From positions 1 to 30,216 of the forward strand of contig JAHLVW010000082.1 of NCBI GenBank assembly GCA_019058275.1: 30,216 bases of DNA, in the 5' to 3' direction. This document shows, one piece after another, positions 1 through 9,817 of the stretch. The position numbers and the translations under genes were made by a program. Positions within the stretch are counted from its first letter, which is position 1, and each line of letters starts with the position of its first letter. The stretch is from Candidatus Heimdallarchaeota archaeon (lineage in GTDB: Archaea; Asgardarchaeota; Heimdallarchaeia; JABLTI01). The notes below the pieces were generated by a model. It was not told the origin of the DNA, did no database searches, and was given only the letters and a program-made list of their open reading frames with translations.

Positions 1-1
1 A

Positions 2-355
2 CGTAAAGGACTAACAGATAGAGAGCTTGCTGAATTGGAGCGAGTAGAATCTGAATTAGCTAAATCAACACCAAGAAAGAAAACTACTACCACAACAACC
101 AAAAAACCAACAACAGCCACAAAGAAACCTTCTGCAAAGAAACCAGCTGCTAAAAAACCAACAAAAACAGCTGCTAAAAAACCTGCAGCAAAGAAACCAA
201 CCACTACAAAGAAGACTACAACTGCAACTAAAAAACCAACCACTGCTAAGAAACCAGCTACTAAACCAACTGCGAAAAAAACTACTGCTAAATCAGCTTC
301 TAGTAAGAAACCAACAACAAAGAAGGCAACTACAACCAAGAAGAAAACAAGTTGA
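2..355 (+). CDS. rpl32e: 3' part of probable ribosomal protein eL32 with a Lys/Thr/Ala/Pro-rich C-terminal tail (5'-partial)
   Basis: Frame is open from base 2 (RKGLTDRELAELERVESEL...). Only the low-complexity KKP(T/A)(T/A) tail is visible, so identity rests on position directly upstream of eL19 in the conserved archaeal L32e-L19e-L18-S5-L30-L15 order. Confidence 0.65.
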   Translation, partial: RKGLTDRELAELERVESELAKSTPRKKTTTTTTKKPTTATKKPSAKKPAAKKPTKTAAKKPAAKKPTTTKKTTTATKKPTTAKKPATKPTAKKTTAKSASSKKPTTKKATTTKKKTS

Positions 356-367
356 GGATGAAAAGAC

Positions 368-892
368 ATGACTGATTTAAAAACACAAAGAAATATCGCA
401 GCAGACATTCTTGGAGTAGGAGTCAATAGAGTTTATATTGATCCAGATGCTGCGGATGATGTTCAAATGGCACTTACTAGAAGAGATATACGAGCATTAA
501 TTCATAGTGGTGCTATTAAAGTCAGAAAAATCCAAGGTATCAGTCGAGGTAGAGCCCGAGAACTTCATATAAAACGTATCAGAGGACAAAGAAGAGGGCA
601 TGGAAGTCGTAAAGGACGAAAGACTGCTCGAACTGATATGAGAAGAGAATGGATAAACAGAATAAGAAAACAAAGAGCTTATCTGAAAGTTCTTAGAGAT
701 AAGAATTTCATAGATAAAGCAACCTACCGTGTGCTCTACTTACGAGCAAAAGGTGGAATGTTTCGTTCTGCTAACTATCTAAGAATGTACATTCAAGATA
801 ACAGAATGTCAAAGAGAAAATTACCTGAAGTAGATGCTGTAATGCGTGAGTTGCGTGTTTCAAAATCTAAGAAGGTCACAAGGAGTTCGTGA
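368..892 (+). CDS. rpl19e: 50S ribosomal protein eL19
   Basis: QRNIAADILGVGVNRVYID, GISRGR, RRGHGSRKG, WINRIRKQR, YLRAKGGMF motifs; operon context. Confidence 0.97.
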   Translation: MTDLKTQRNIAADILGVGVNRVYIDPDAADDVQMALTRRDIRALIHSGAIKVRKIQGISRGRARELHIKRIRGQRRGHGSRKGRKTARTDMRREWINRIRKQRAYLKVLRDKNFIDKATYRVLYLRAKGGMFRSANYLRMYIQDNRMSKRKLPEVDAVMRELRVSKSKKVTRSS

Positions 893-897
893 TTAGT

Positions 898-1719
898 ATG
901 GCAAAAAGTGCAAATTATCATGTACCTTTCAGAAGAAGACGAGAAGGTAAAACAAATTTCCATAGAAGAAAACGTCTTCTAAGATCAGACAAGAATCGTC
1001 TTGTTGTTAGAAGGTCAAACAAACACGAACGTGTTAGTATAGTAAAGGCGAAAGTAATTGGTGATGAAACATTAGTAGATGCAAGCTCCCAACACCTAAA
1101 ACAATATGGATGGAAGGGTGCAACAGGAAATGTACCTGCTTCTTACCTTACTGGTTATTTAGCTGGAAAATATGCTAAAGCTCTAGGAATAAAAGAAGCG
1201 ATTCTTGATATCGGTGTCAACACTTGTAAAAAAGATACTCGAATCTCAGCATTGTTATGTGGGGCAGTTCAAGCTGGACTAAAAATTCCTCACGACCCAT
1301 CTGTCTTCCCTACTAAGGAAAGATATACAGGTCAAATAATTGCTGATTATGCTACTAAACTAAAGAAAAAAAGTTCAGAAAAATACGCAAAACAATTTTC
1401 TGGTTACAAAAAGCTCTCAGCAAAACCTGAAAGCTTACCTACATACTTTGCCGCAGCTAAGAAGGCTATTGATGCTGAGCTAGCTTCTGGTGCAATGAAA
1501 ACAAAACTGAAAAACAGAAATAAGAAGAACAAAATTCCAAAACCTAAAACCACAACTAAAAAACCAGTAACCGCTGCAAAGAAACCAGCAGCTAAAAAAC
1601 CAACAGCTAAAACAGCAACGAAAACAACCACCACTAAAAAGACAACAACAACCAAAACTACAACTAAGAAACCAACAACAACGAAAAAACCAACAGGAAC
1701 AAAAAAAACTAAGAAGTGA
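898..1719 (+). CDS. rpl18: 50S ribosomal protein uL18 with Lys/Thr-rich C-terminal extension
   Basis: VPFRRRREGKTNF, RLVVRRSNKH, GNVPASYLTGYLAG, AILDIG, GLKIPH. ATG at 898 is likely the start (ORF track uses GTG 889). Confidence 0.96.
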   Translation: MAKSANYHVPFRRRREGKTNFHRRKRLLRSDKNRLVVRRSNKHERVSIVKAKVIGDETLVDASSQHLKQYGWKGATGNVPASYLTGYLAGKYAKALGIKEAILDIGVNTCKKDTRISALLCGAVQAGLKIPHDPSVFPTKERYTGQIIADYATKLKKKSSEKYAKQFSGYKKLSAKPESLPTYFAAAKKAIDAELASGAMKTKLKNRNKKNKIPKPKTTTKKPVTAAKKPAAKKPTAKTATKTTTTKKTTTTKTTTKKPTTTKKPTGTKKTKK

Positions 1720-1725
1720 TGAAAA

Positions 1726-2346
1726 ATGTCAGAATTAAGTGAATGGATCCCAAAAACAAAACTTGGTCGATTGGTTAAAAAAGGTGAAATAACTTCAATT
1801 GATGAAATCTTCCAACAGTCATTGAAAATTTCTGAACAGGAAATCGTTGATACTTTAGTTTCAAACCTAGAAGATGAAGTTATTAACATTAATCTTGTTC
1901 AACGACAAACAGATGCTGGAGAAAAATCTAGATTCAAAGCTTGCGTAGCTGTAGGAAATCGAATGGGTCTTATAGGAATTGGTGAAGCTAAAACCAAAGA
2001 AATTGGTCCAGCTATTAGAAAAGCAATCACAACTGCAAAATTACAAATCTCTCCTATTAGAAGAGGTTGTGGGTCTTGGGAATGTTCCTGTCATGACCCT
2101 CACAGTATTCCTTTCCAAACAAAAGGAAAAACAGGAAACTGCAGAGTAATTGCTAAACCAGCACCAAAAGGTTTAGGCCTAGTATCAGGGAAGGTCGCTA
2201 AGATAGTCCTTGAACTTGCAGGCATAACAGATATTTGGTCTAAAACTTTCGGAGAAACAAGAACAACTCCAAACTATGCAAAAGCTACGTTTGAAGCTCT
2301 AAAGAAGACCTACAAAATCATGACCCCTAGAGATTGGGGCAGATGA
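1726..2346 (+). CDS. rps5: 30S ribosomal protein uS5
   Basis: WIPKTKLGRLVK, VQRQTDAGEKSRFKA, RRGCGSWEC, PAPKGLGLV, GETRTTPNYAKAT. Confidence 0.98.
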   Translation: MSELSEWIPKTKLGRLVKKGEITSIDEIFQQSLKISEQEIVDTLVSNLEDEVININLVQRQTDAGEKSRFKACVAVGNRMGLIGIGEAKTKEIGPAIRKAITTAKLQISPIRRGCGSWECSCHDPHSIPFQTKGKTGNCRVIAKPAPKGLGLVSGKVAKIVLELAGITDIWSKTFGETRTTPNYAKATFEALKKTYKIMTPRDWGR

Positions 2347-2347
2347 A

Positions 2348-2845
2348 TTGATGGATGTGACATATGTGTCTAAAAAGAAATCTGGATTATTAGCAATAGT
2401 CAGAATAAGAAGTTCTATTGATCAACCACAAGATATCAAACATGGATTAAAATTGCTTAATCTAACTAGACCAAATCATGCAGTAGTTGTCCCTAATGAT
2501 AGTACCCACAAGGGTATGTTACAGAAGTTAAAAGATACTATAACATGGGGTGAAATCAATAAAGCAACTTTAGCTGAATTGATCAAAAAGCGTGCACGAA
2601 TTAAAGGCAACAAAAAACTCAATGCTAAATTCTTAAAAGAACGCAAATTTGAAAGCACATCTGCATTCGTAACTGCTCTTCTAGAAGGTAAAGCTGACAT
2701 GCGACATATCGATGATTTAAAACCAATGTTCAGATTACATCCTCCTAGAAAAGGTTTCAAAAGCGTCAAAAATCCTATCACCAGGGGTGGTGACTTAGGA
2801 TACAGAGGCGAGGAGATAAATGCTCTGCTCGAAAAAATGATGTAA
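2348..2845 (+). CDS. rpl30: 50S ribosomal protein uL30 (long archaeal form)
   Basis: AIVRIR, LLNLTRPNHAV, GMLQKLKDTITWGEI, FRLHPPRKGF, GDLGYRGEEINALLEKM. Confidence 0.96.
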   Translation: MMDVTYVSKKKSGLLAIVRIRSSIDQPQDIKHGLKLLNLTRPNHAVVVPNDSTHKGMLQKLKDTITWGEINKATLAELIKKRARIKGNKKLNAKFLKERKFESTSAFVTALLEGKADMRHIDDLKPMFRLHPPRKGFKSVKNPITRGGDLGYRGEEINALLEKMM

Positions 2846-2861
2846 ATGTGAGGTTAATAGA

Positions 2862-3302
2862 ATGGTTCAAAGATTTAGAAAAAAAGTTAGGAAACAAAGA
2901 GGAAGCATGCACCACGGTTACGGAATACAAAAAGGACATAAGAAAGCAGGAAGCAGAGGCGGTGTTGGTAAAGCCGGTGGAACCCGACATGAATGGATGC
3001 ATTCAATTGTAATCGGTAAGAAGTATGGAAAACATGGTTTTGTAAGACCACCTAGAGCAACCACTCCTCAAAAATCGATCAACGTTGGTGAAATCTCTGA
3101 AAGAATTGATTATTTCGTTAAGAAAGGTTTTGCAACCAGAGTAGGACGAGACATTACTATTGATACAACCAAAATGGGTGTAACAAAAGTACTTGGTAAA
3201 GGTCCCACTTCAAAAATGACTGTTATTGCTGAATCATTTTCTGAATCTGCTAAAGAGAAAATTAAAAAAGCAGGCGGTTCAGCAAAAGTTGCGAAGAAAT
3301 AG
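2862..3302 (+). CDS. rpl15: 50S ribosomal protein uL15
   Basis: RKQRGSMHHGYG, GSRGGVGKAG, YGKHGF, KVLGKG, FSESAKEKIKKAGG. Confidence 0.97.
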   Translation: MVQRFRKKVRKQRGSMHHGYGIQKGHKKAGSRGGVGKAGGTRHEWMHSIVIGKKYGKHGFVRPPRATTPQKSINVGEISERIDYFVKKGFATRVGRDITIDTTKMGVTKVLGKGPTSKMTVIAESFSESAKEKIKKAGGSAKVAKK

Positions 3303-3320
3303 TTCTTAGATGAGATTGTG

Positions 3321-3362
3321 ATCTCCGTATCCATGGAGATTCTACTTTTATTTTTCTTATTT
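3321..3362 (+). terminator. Putative terminator of the ribosomal operon
   Basis: ATCTCC-gtatccat-GGAGAT hairpin (3321-3340) followed by T-rich runs just after the rpl15 stop. Confidence 0.5.
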
Positions 3363-3498
3363 CTAACAATTAACCATATTTGTTATAATTATGGTAAAGA
3401 AAAGTAATTTATAACAATAAATTAGAGAAAATTAAAAAAGAATAGACTTACAGAGAAAAGTAGTATATTTCCATATGCTCTCAAACGCGTGATATCCC

Positions 3499-6255
3499 TT
3501 GGCAATTAATATTAATACATTAAAAGATCAAATCCGAAAAATCTCAAAAGATAAACCTGAAAAATTCTACCCAGTTGAATCTTTGCGAGAATTAGGTTTT
3601 AGTAGAAGCATTTGTGTTCACTGTAGTAAACCTTTCTGGTCACTGGTAAAGAGAGATTATTGCGATGAACCAGAATGCAGGTTAAAAAGTGGATTTTTAC
3701 CTTATGATTTCATAGATAATCCTCCATCAAGTAAAAAATACAATTATACAGAAACTTGGAAGAATGCTTGGGTACCAATTTTTGAAAAACATGGTCATAC
3801 AGTCATCCCCAGATATCCTATTGTCGCTAGATGGCGAAATGATACAGAATTTGTTCAAGCTTCTGTTTATGGATTTCAACCACATGTAGTAAGTGGAGAA
3901 GTAGATCCTCCAGCAAATCCTATTCTAATACCTCAACCTTGCTTAAGATTTAATGATGTTGATAATGTTGGATTGTCCGGAAGACACTTAACATCATTTG
4001 TAATGGTAGGTCAACTTGTTTTCAATAAACCAAATAATTTCATTTATTTCATGGATGAAGGGATTAGATATATTCATGATTATTTAACAACAGGTTTAGG
4101 TTTACATCCAAAAGAAATCATTTATCATGAAGATGCTTGGGGTGGAGGAGGTAATCTTGGGAGCTCTTTGGAATTTTTTGTTCGTGGTTTAGAAGTTGGT
4201 AACCAAGTATATATGACCTACAAAATCGAACCTTCTGGTAGTTTCAGAGATTTATCAACAACAGTAATCGATATGGGCGCAGGTTTAGGACGATCCACTT
4301 GGTTAATAAATGGAACTCCAACTCAATATGAAGTTAATTTTGGTGATGTTGTTCCAAAGGTTTTGAAGAAAGTTGGCTTAAAACAAAACATGAACTTTTG
4401 GAAAAGATATGCTCGGTACAGTGGTGTATTAAATTATACTGAAACTGATGTAGCAAGAGTTTGGGTTGATGTTGCTAAAACTCTAAGCATGGATCCTAAT
4501 GATTTACGTAAGGAAATTCAACCGGTGAAAGCTGCATATTCTATAATTGATCATACTCGTTCTCTCCTTTGGGCTATCAGTGATGGTGCATTACCATCAA
4601 ATGTTGGTGGAGGTTATAATCTCAGATTTCTATTGCGAAGAGCATGGTCCATTATCGCTGAAAATGATTGGGATATAGATTTGTTTGACATTATTGAATG
4701 GCACATGGATGATTTGAAAGAATTATTCCCTGGCTACACAAAACATGGTGAAACTGTTAAGGATGTTATAGATGTAGAATTTAAACGCTATAAAGCCACT
4801 AAAGAAAAGGGTTTGAAATTACTAAAGAAGAAACTTAAATCTTCAAAAGAAATCTCAACCCAAGAGCTAGTTACACTTTATGAATCAAACGGCATTGTTC
4901 CTGAGATGGTTGTTGAAGTTGCAAAAGAAATAGGAAGGGAAATTCGTATCCCAAATGATTTTTATGGAATTCTTGCAGACAAACATGAGAAATCAAGTGT
5001 CGAGAAACCTTTAGCAACTCAAGCAGATATCAAGATTCCTGATGATTTACCTGATACAGATATTGACTATGAAAATCTAACTTTTGAGGGTGAAATTATC
5101 TGGCAAAATAAGAATATAATAGTATTAAAGAAAACTAGCTTCTACCCAACTTCAGGTGGACAAATACATGATTTGGGAACTATAGATGGTGTTCCAATAA
5201 AAGAAGTTCGCAAAGTTGGAGCAGTAGTTGTTCATATATTAGAAAAACAATTACCCACAAAAAGAACTAAGGTTCATTGTACAATCGATCCTCACCGTAG
5301 AAGAATTCTAATGAGCCATCACACTGCTACACATATTGTTAATGCAGCTGCTAGAGAAGTTCTTGGTCCTCATGTATGGCAAGCAGGTACTGAAAAAACA
5401 ATGGACAAAGCACGATTGGATATAACGCATTATGATTCACTAACTAAAAAACAAATGGAAGCAATAGAAAAACGTGCAAACGAAATTGTTTATCTCAATA
5501 TACCGGTTACAATCGAGAATCTAACTCGAGATATTGCTGAACAAAAATATGGATTTACTATATACCAAGGTGGAGCAGTTCCAGGAAAGAATATTAGAAT
5601 TGTAGCAATTGATGACATTGATATTGAAGCATGTGGAGGTACACATACAAGTAGAACTGGCGATGTTGGGACCATTGTAATGTTAAGTTCAGAAAGGATT
5701 CAAGATGGTATTGTTCGATTGGAATACGTTTCAGGTGAAACGGCTATTAAGGAGTTACAGCATAGAAATCAAACCGTTCAGAAAACATTAGATATGTGGG
5801 GTATTGATTTAAATGCATTACCTGCAACAGCAAAACGGTTCTTTGATGAATGGAAATCACAGAAAAAAGAGATTTCTGAATTAAAGAAAGGGAAAGCCAT
5901 ACTGGAGTCTAAAATACTTGAAAAACAAATAGAAAAAGTTGGCAAATATCAAATACTTGCAGAATCAATTTCTGGAGATAATGAATATATCAGTCAACTC
6001 ATTTTTACTTTAACTGAGAAAAATGAGAACCTTCTCATAGTTCTAATTGAAGAGGATTCTCTGTTCATTGCAGTCGGAGCTGGGAAGAAAGCTGTAAAGA
6101 GCATTTCTAGTAATGAACTCATAAAGAAAGTTGCAGAAGTAATGGGTGGTTCTGGAGGAGGAAAACCCAATTTCGCTCGAGGTAGTGGTAAAGATGCTAC
6201 GAAAATAGACTCTGCACTGGAGACTTTCAAAACGCTTGTTCAATCTAAAAAATAA
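3499..6255 (+). CDS. alaS: Alanine--tRNA ligase, archaeal type
   Basis: N-terminal CxxC..C..C Zn ribbon, RYPIVARWR, QPCLRFND, GRHLTSFVM, IDMGAGL, DHTRS, FYPTSGGQ, editing-site HTATH and CGGTH, C-terminal GGSGGG. Confidence 0.98.
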   Translation: MAININTLKDQIRKISKDKPEKFYPVESLRELGFSRSICVHCSKPFWSLVKRDYCDEPECRLKSGFLPYDFIDNPPSSKKYNYTETWKNAWVPIFEKHGHTVIPRYPIVARWRNDTEFVQASVYGFQPHVVSGEVDPPANPILIPQPCLRFNDVDNVGLSGRHLTSFVMVGQLVFNKPNNFIYFMDEGIRYIHDYLTTGLGLHPKEIIYHEDAWGGGGNLGSSLEFFVRGLEVGNQVYMTYKIEPSGSFRDLSTTVIDMGAGLGRSTWLINGTPTQYEVNFGDVVPKVLKKVGLKQNMNFWKRYARYSGVLNYTETDVARVWVDVAKTLSMDPNDLRKEIQPVKAAYSIIDHTRSLLWAISDGALPSNVGGGYNLRFLLRRAWSIIAENDWDIDLFDIIEWHMDDLKELFPGYTKHGETVKDVIDVEFKRYKATKEKGLKLLKKKLKSSKEISTQELVTLYESNGIVPEMVVEVAKEIGREIRIPNDFYGILADKHEKSSVEKPLATQADIKIPDDLPDTDIDYENLTFEGEIIWQNKNIIVLKKTSFYPTSGGQIHDLGTIDGVPIKEVRKVGAVVVHILEKQLPTKRTKVHCTIDPHRRRILMSHHTATHIVNAAAREVLGPHVWQAGTEKTMDKARLDITHYDSLTKKQMEAIEKRANEIVYLNIPVTIENLTRDIAEQKYGFTIYQGGAVPGKNIRIVAIDDIDIEACGGTHTSRTGDVGTIVMLSSERIQDGIVRLEYVSGETAIKELQHRNQTVQKTLDMWGIDLNALPATAKRFFDEWKSQKKEISELKKGKAILESKILEKQIEKVGKYQILAESISGDNEYISQLIFTLTEKNENLLIVLIEEDSLFIAVGAGKKAVKSISSNELIKKVAEVMGGSGGGKPNFARGSGKDATKIDSALETFKTLVQSKK

Positions 6256-6264
6256 AAGATAAAT

Positions 6265-6284
6265 GTGAATCTTAAAAGATTCAC
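6265..6284. terminator. Perfect inverted repeat between convergent alaS and the oxidoreductase gene
   Basis: GTGAATCTT-AA-AAGATTCAC, overlapping the oxidoreductase stop codon. Confidence 0.55.
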
Positions 6285-7354
6285 TTAATTTCTACTGCTT
6301 TGCCAGTTTTTGCAGCTTCAATTGCTGCTATTATACATTTCACTGCTGCTGTACCTTCTACATCAGACACTAAAGGTTTCTTTCTTGAATCTAAACAAGA
6401 CAAGAAATCTTTATCTTGTAAATATAGAGGTTCTTGATCTTTGCTAGCAGCAAGATAATGGTTTGTCACTTCAGTAGCTCTATATGCTCCTAAATATTCT
6501 GAAAATGAGTTGCTAAGTGCATGTTGAGCTAATCCTTTTTCCATGATTATTGATTGCAAGATGAAATCCAATGTTATAACATCTTTTGAAGTTTGTACTA
6601 TTAGCTTTCTTCTCTTTAGGTTTGGGTAAGCTCTCCAAGTAGCTCTGCAGTCAAATAAGATTGGGTTTGTGCTTTGTCCTTTAAACCCCTCATATTCGAA
6701 TATTGCGAATAATTCTACTTCATATGGGAATCCTTCGATATAGCAAGAAGTAGCGGTTACTCTCTTAGGCAATTTTCCTAGTATACCATTTACAACATCT
6801 ATATCATGAACCATAAAATCATGTCCACAACCTAGGTAATTTGGATCTAATTCCTTACTATCTAATTTGCTTGGTCCTGGACCAACTCTTCTTCCTGTTA
6901 TGTGCATTACTTTGTCTTCAGTATTTTCCTTTTCTAAGAAGGTTTTCAAAGTTACAACTACTGGATTATATCTTTCCAAGTGTCCCACTTGTACGATTCT
7001 GTTTAGTTTCTTAGCTTTCTCTGAGATTTCTTTGCACTCTTCAATTGTTGGTGCTAGTGGTTTTTCGCAGAGAATGTCACAGTGCTCTAAAACTTTCAAT
7101 GCAATATCTTTGTGAATTGCTGTTGGGATTGCTAATACCGCACCAGCTAATTTCTCATTCTTCAATAGCTTATCAAGGTCATCATAGCGATTTTCTTCTG
7201 GGATATCATTAATATCACCTATAGATTTTAAACGACCTTTGTCCGCATCGCAAATAACAACTTTATCACAAAAGCTTTCTGTTTGAAGCCTTCGAATGTT
7301 TCTAACGTGATTTTTGCCCCATCTACCCAATCCTACTATTGCAATAGTCTTCAT
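6281..7354 (-). CDS. Gfo/Idh/MocA family NAD(P)-dependent oxidoreductase (resembles UDP-amino-sugar 3-dehydrogenases)
   Basis: Rossmann AIVGLGRWG, ILCEKP, VGHLERYNP, DFMVHDID, QEPL. Confidence 0.9.
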   Translation of the reverse strand: MKTIAIVGLGRWGKNHVRNIRRLQTESFCDKVVICDADKGRLKSIGDINDIPEENRYDDLDKLLKNEKLAGAVLAIPTAIHKDIALKVLEHCDILCEKPLAPTIEECKEISEKAKKLNRIVQVGHLERYNPVVVTLKTFLEKENTEDKVMHITGRRVGPGPSKLDSKELDPNYLGCGHDFMVHDIDVVNGILGKLPKRVTATSCYIEGFPYEVELFAIFEYEGFKGQSTNPILFDCRATWRAYPNLKRRKLIVQTSKDVITLDFILQSIIMEKGLAQHALSNSFSEYLGAYRATEVTNHYLAASKDQEPLYLQDKDFLSCLDSRKKPLVSDVEGTAAVKCIIAAIEAAKTGKAVEIK

Positions 7355-7506
7355 TGTATCATCCTCAATAAATTAAAGAAGTTAGAAAATTACTATTATT
7401 AAAATTTTCTTCAAACTTTGTGCAATAAGAAATTCTTCCAAAACACTTTTTTAGAAAGGTTTTAGTAAGGTTTCTTGTTTCCTAACTATCTTGAGGATAT
7501 GATATT

Positions 7507-7995
7507 ATGGAATTTGACTCTCCTATATCTCCACATAAATCTATCAAAAAAGCTGAAAAATACTTCGAATTGAAAGTAAATAATTCTAAAGTTAAAGAAC
7601 AACCACTATCAAGAAAAGATCCTGCAATTCTTGAAGTTGGTGTTGCAACAATCTTCGGAGAGATTTTCTGGATGCGAATACATGCAAAAAGGAAAAAGGA
7701 TAAATCAACAAGTATTATCTTAAAAGGAAGAGTGGGAGTAAGACACATGTTTTTGTCATCTATAGTTCTGTTAATGTCAGGACCATTTCTGTTCTATGCA
7801 TTAAGAAGTCACAATATCTTCGTTTATATAGTTGCGGGATTTTTCGCTGCACTAGGAATATTTAGTCTCTTAATGCCTTTGTTCCGTATTAGAACAACAA
7901 GAAAGCAATTAGTTGAAGTGCTCTCATCAACTGAAGAGTTAACAGAAAAGATTGATGAAAAGACTGATACTACTTCAATGTCAAGACTTGAGTAA
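7507..7995 (+). CDS. Hypothetical membrane protein (2 TM helices)
   Basis: 162-aa ORF with GAGG upstream and two adjacent hydrophobic segments in the C-terminal half. Confidence 0.75.
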   Translation: MEFDSPISPHKSIKKAEKYFELKVNNSKVKEQPLSRKDPAILEVGVATIFGEIFWMRIHAKRKKDKSTSIILKGRVGVRHMFLSSIVLLMSGPFLFYALRSHNIFVYIVAGFFAALGIFSLLMPLFRIRTTRKQLVEVLSSTEELTEKIDEKTDTTSMSRLE

Positions 7996-8150
7996 AGAAT
8001 ATGACTTTTGAGTTATCCATTACAGCTTTCGTAAAGCATAAATAATAAATACGTTATAATTTGTAACAAACAAGTGTCAAGTTGACCTCAATTTCCTTTA
8101 GAAAAAAGATTAAATAAAAAATAATTAATAAAGTAAAGAAAAACAATAGT

Positions 8151-8522
8151 GTGATTGAAATGATAAAAGAATCCCCAATAAAGAAATTTCTTGGAACTGC
8201 AAATTACTTAGCAAAACTAACATTTTCTCCTAATAGAAAGAAATATAGTGCTGCAATGAAAGTAAAGATTGAAATTTTTGAAGGTCGAAATTTGGAAGGA
8301 GATTTTGATTGTAATAGCATTGCTGAGGTTTCAAGCAAAGTTCACGATTTCTATAATCGGAAAACAGGCAACCAACTCGAAATTAGACGATTAGCAAGAT
8401 GGTATATTGAATATCTCGAAGATGTTGACATCACACCACCTGATATGAATACTCTGATTAAAGATATGGAATCAACCCCTTCGGAAATTCAAGCTAGAGA
8501 AGGTACAGAAGATTCAGAATGA
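8151..8522 (+). CDS. Hypothetical protein
   Basis: 123-aa ORF with protein-like composition, an AT-rich upstream region and a T-rich downstream region; no recognised motif. Confidence 0.7.
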   Translation: MIEMIKESPIKKFLGTANYLAKLTFSPNRKKYSAAMKVKIEIFEGRNLEGDFDCNSIAEVSSKVHDFYNRKTGNQLEIRRLARWYIEYLEDVDITPPDMNTLIKDMESTPSEIQAREGTEDSE

Positions 8523-8614
8523 TTTTCGCAAAAAAATTATTTTCTTTATTTTTCAACAAATTATCAAAATGATTATAAGCAATTTATTGTGAGTTTTGAT
8601 TAATTAGTTGTTCT

Positions 8615-8690
8615 AGCCCGGTTGGGTAGTGGTCAATCCTTTCGGACTCTGAATCCGGAGACGGTGGTTCGAATCCGCCCCGGGCTACCA
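8615..8690 (+). tRNA. tRNA-Gln(CUG), CCA encoded
   Basis: Acceptor AGCCCGG/CCGGGCT-A-CCA, anticodon arm TCGGA-CTCTGAA-TCCGG, T-arm GGTTCGAATCC; the A1-U72 pair is typical of archaeal tRNA-Gln. Confidence 0.96.
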
Positions 8691-8922
8691 AACTTCATTT
8701 TTCCTCTAAAAGCACTTACTTCAAATCATGCAAAACATTAAATAAGATTCTAATTAATTCGTTGAAGTTGCTGGAAACTTACTTGTACTCTAGCTTAGCA
8801 ATTACTACTACAAAATGATGTAATTATTTAGTAATGAATTTACCATCAAAGTTAGAAAGAAGTTGAGTTTTAGCGAAGGATTAAAAAAAATTAACAAAAA
8901 TGTAACCTTTGATGTAATATAG

Positions 8923-9495
8923 GTGACTAAAATTATGTTTGAAGAAATCCGTTGGCATGGCAGAGGTGGACAAGGGGCAGTTACCTCAGCAAAAATATTA
9001 GCTGAAGCTGCTCATAGTGAAGGTAAATTTGTCCAAGCTTTTGCTTTTTATGGTGCTGAAAGAAGAGGTGCTCCTGTAGAAACGTATACAAGGATTGCTG
9101 ATTCCCATATTAAACGACATTCCCAGATTTACAAACCAACAGTAGTTGCAGTTCTTGATCCTGCATTACCAAAAATTCTCTATATGAAAGGTATAACAGA
9201 AGATAGTATTCTAATTGTCAATGCTAACAAAGAAAAAGCATTTCCTGACTTAAAATGTAAGAAACACTGGATAGATGCTACTCAAATTGCTATTGACTTG
9301 GAATTAAGAATTGCTGAAAGCTATATTACCAATACCATAATGACAGGTGCAGTTGCTAAAGCAACTGGTTTGGTTAAGCTTGACTCAGTGTTAGATGCTA
9401 TTAAAAGCCAACTAAATGAACGTATTTGGGATAAGAACCTCGAAGCTGCTAAAAGAGGTTTTAGTGAAACACACCCTTATAGCAATGGAGGTTGA
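8923..9495 (+). CDS. porG: Pyruvate/2-ketoisovalerate:ferredoxin oxidoreductase gamma subunit
   Basis: EIRWHGRGGQGAVT, YGAERRGAPV, NTIMTGA. Confidence 0.93.
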   Translation: MTKIMFEEIRWHGRGGQGAVTSAKILAEAAHSEGKFVQAFAFYGAERRGAPVETYTRIADSHIKRHSQIYKPTVVAVLDPALPKILYMKGITEDSILIVNANKEKAFPDLKCKKHWIDATQIAIDLELRIAESYITNTIMTGAVAKATGLVKLDSVLDAIKSQLNERIWDKNLEAAKRGFSETHPYSNGG

Positions 9496-9500
9496 GATAA

Positions 9501-9815
9501 GTGACAAAAAGCAATGATGATTTTAAAGTAGAGACTTGGAATTCAAAACCTACAAAAGGTGCTGCAGGAAAAACAGGTTTGTGGAGAACTTTTCGACCAA
9601 TAATTGATGATGAGGCATGCACAAGGTGTGAAATTTGTGCATTATATTGTCCAGAACCTTGTATCACTTTAGATCCCGATGACCTATCGCATGAGAAAGG
9701 TAAAATGGTTATTGAATACGAATACTGCAAGGGATGTGGTATTTGCGCTAATGAATGTCCAAAACATTGCATAGAAATGGTAAAAGAAACTGAATTTACT
9801 GAGGAGGAGAAATAA
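9501..9815 (+). CDS. porD: 2-oxoacid:ferredoxin oxidoreductase delta subunit (2x[4Fe-4S])
   Basis: KTGLWRTFRP, CTRCEICALYCP, YCKGCGICANECP. Confidence 0.93.
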   Translation: MTKSNDDFKVETWNSKPTKGAAGKTGLWRTFRPIIDDEACTRCEICALYCPEPCITLDPDDLSHEKGKMVIEYEYCKGCGICANECPKHCIEMVKETEFTEEEK

Positions 9816-9817
9816 AG

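Noticed and set aside
1404-1889. Hydrophobic 161-aa antisense ORF resembling a membrane protein
   Set aside because: It is the antisense shadow of the K/T-rich uL18 tail and rps5.
6315-6326. 12-nt match GCTTCAATTGCT to spacer 2 (possible self-target)
   Set aside because: Too short, and the flanks do not match; compatible with chance.
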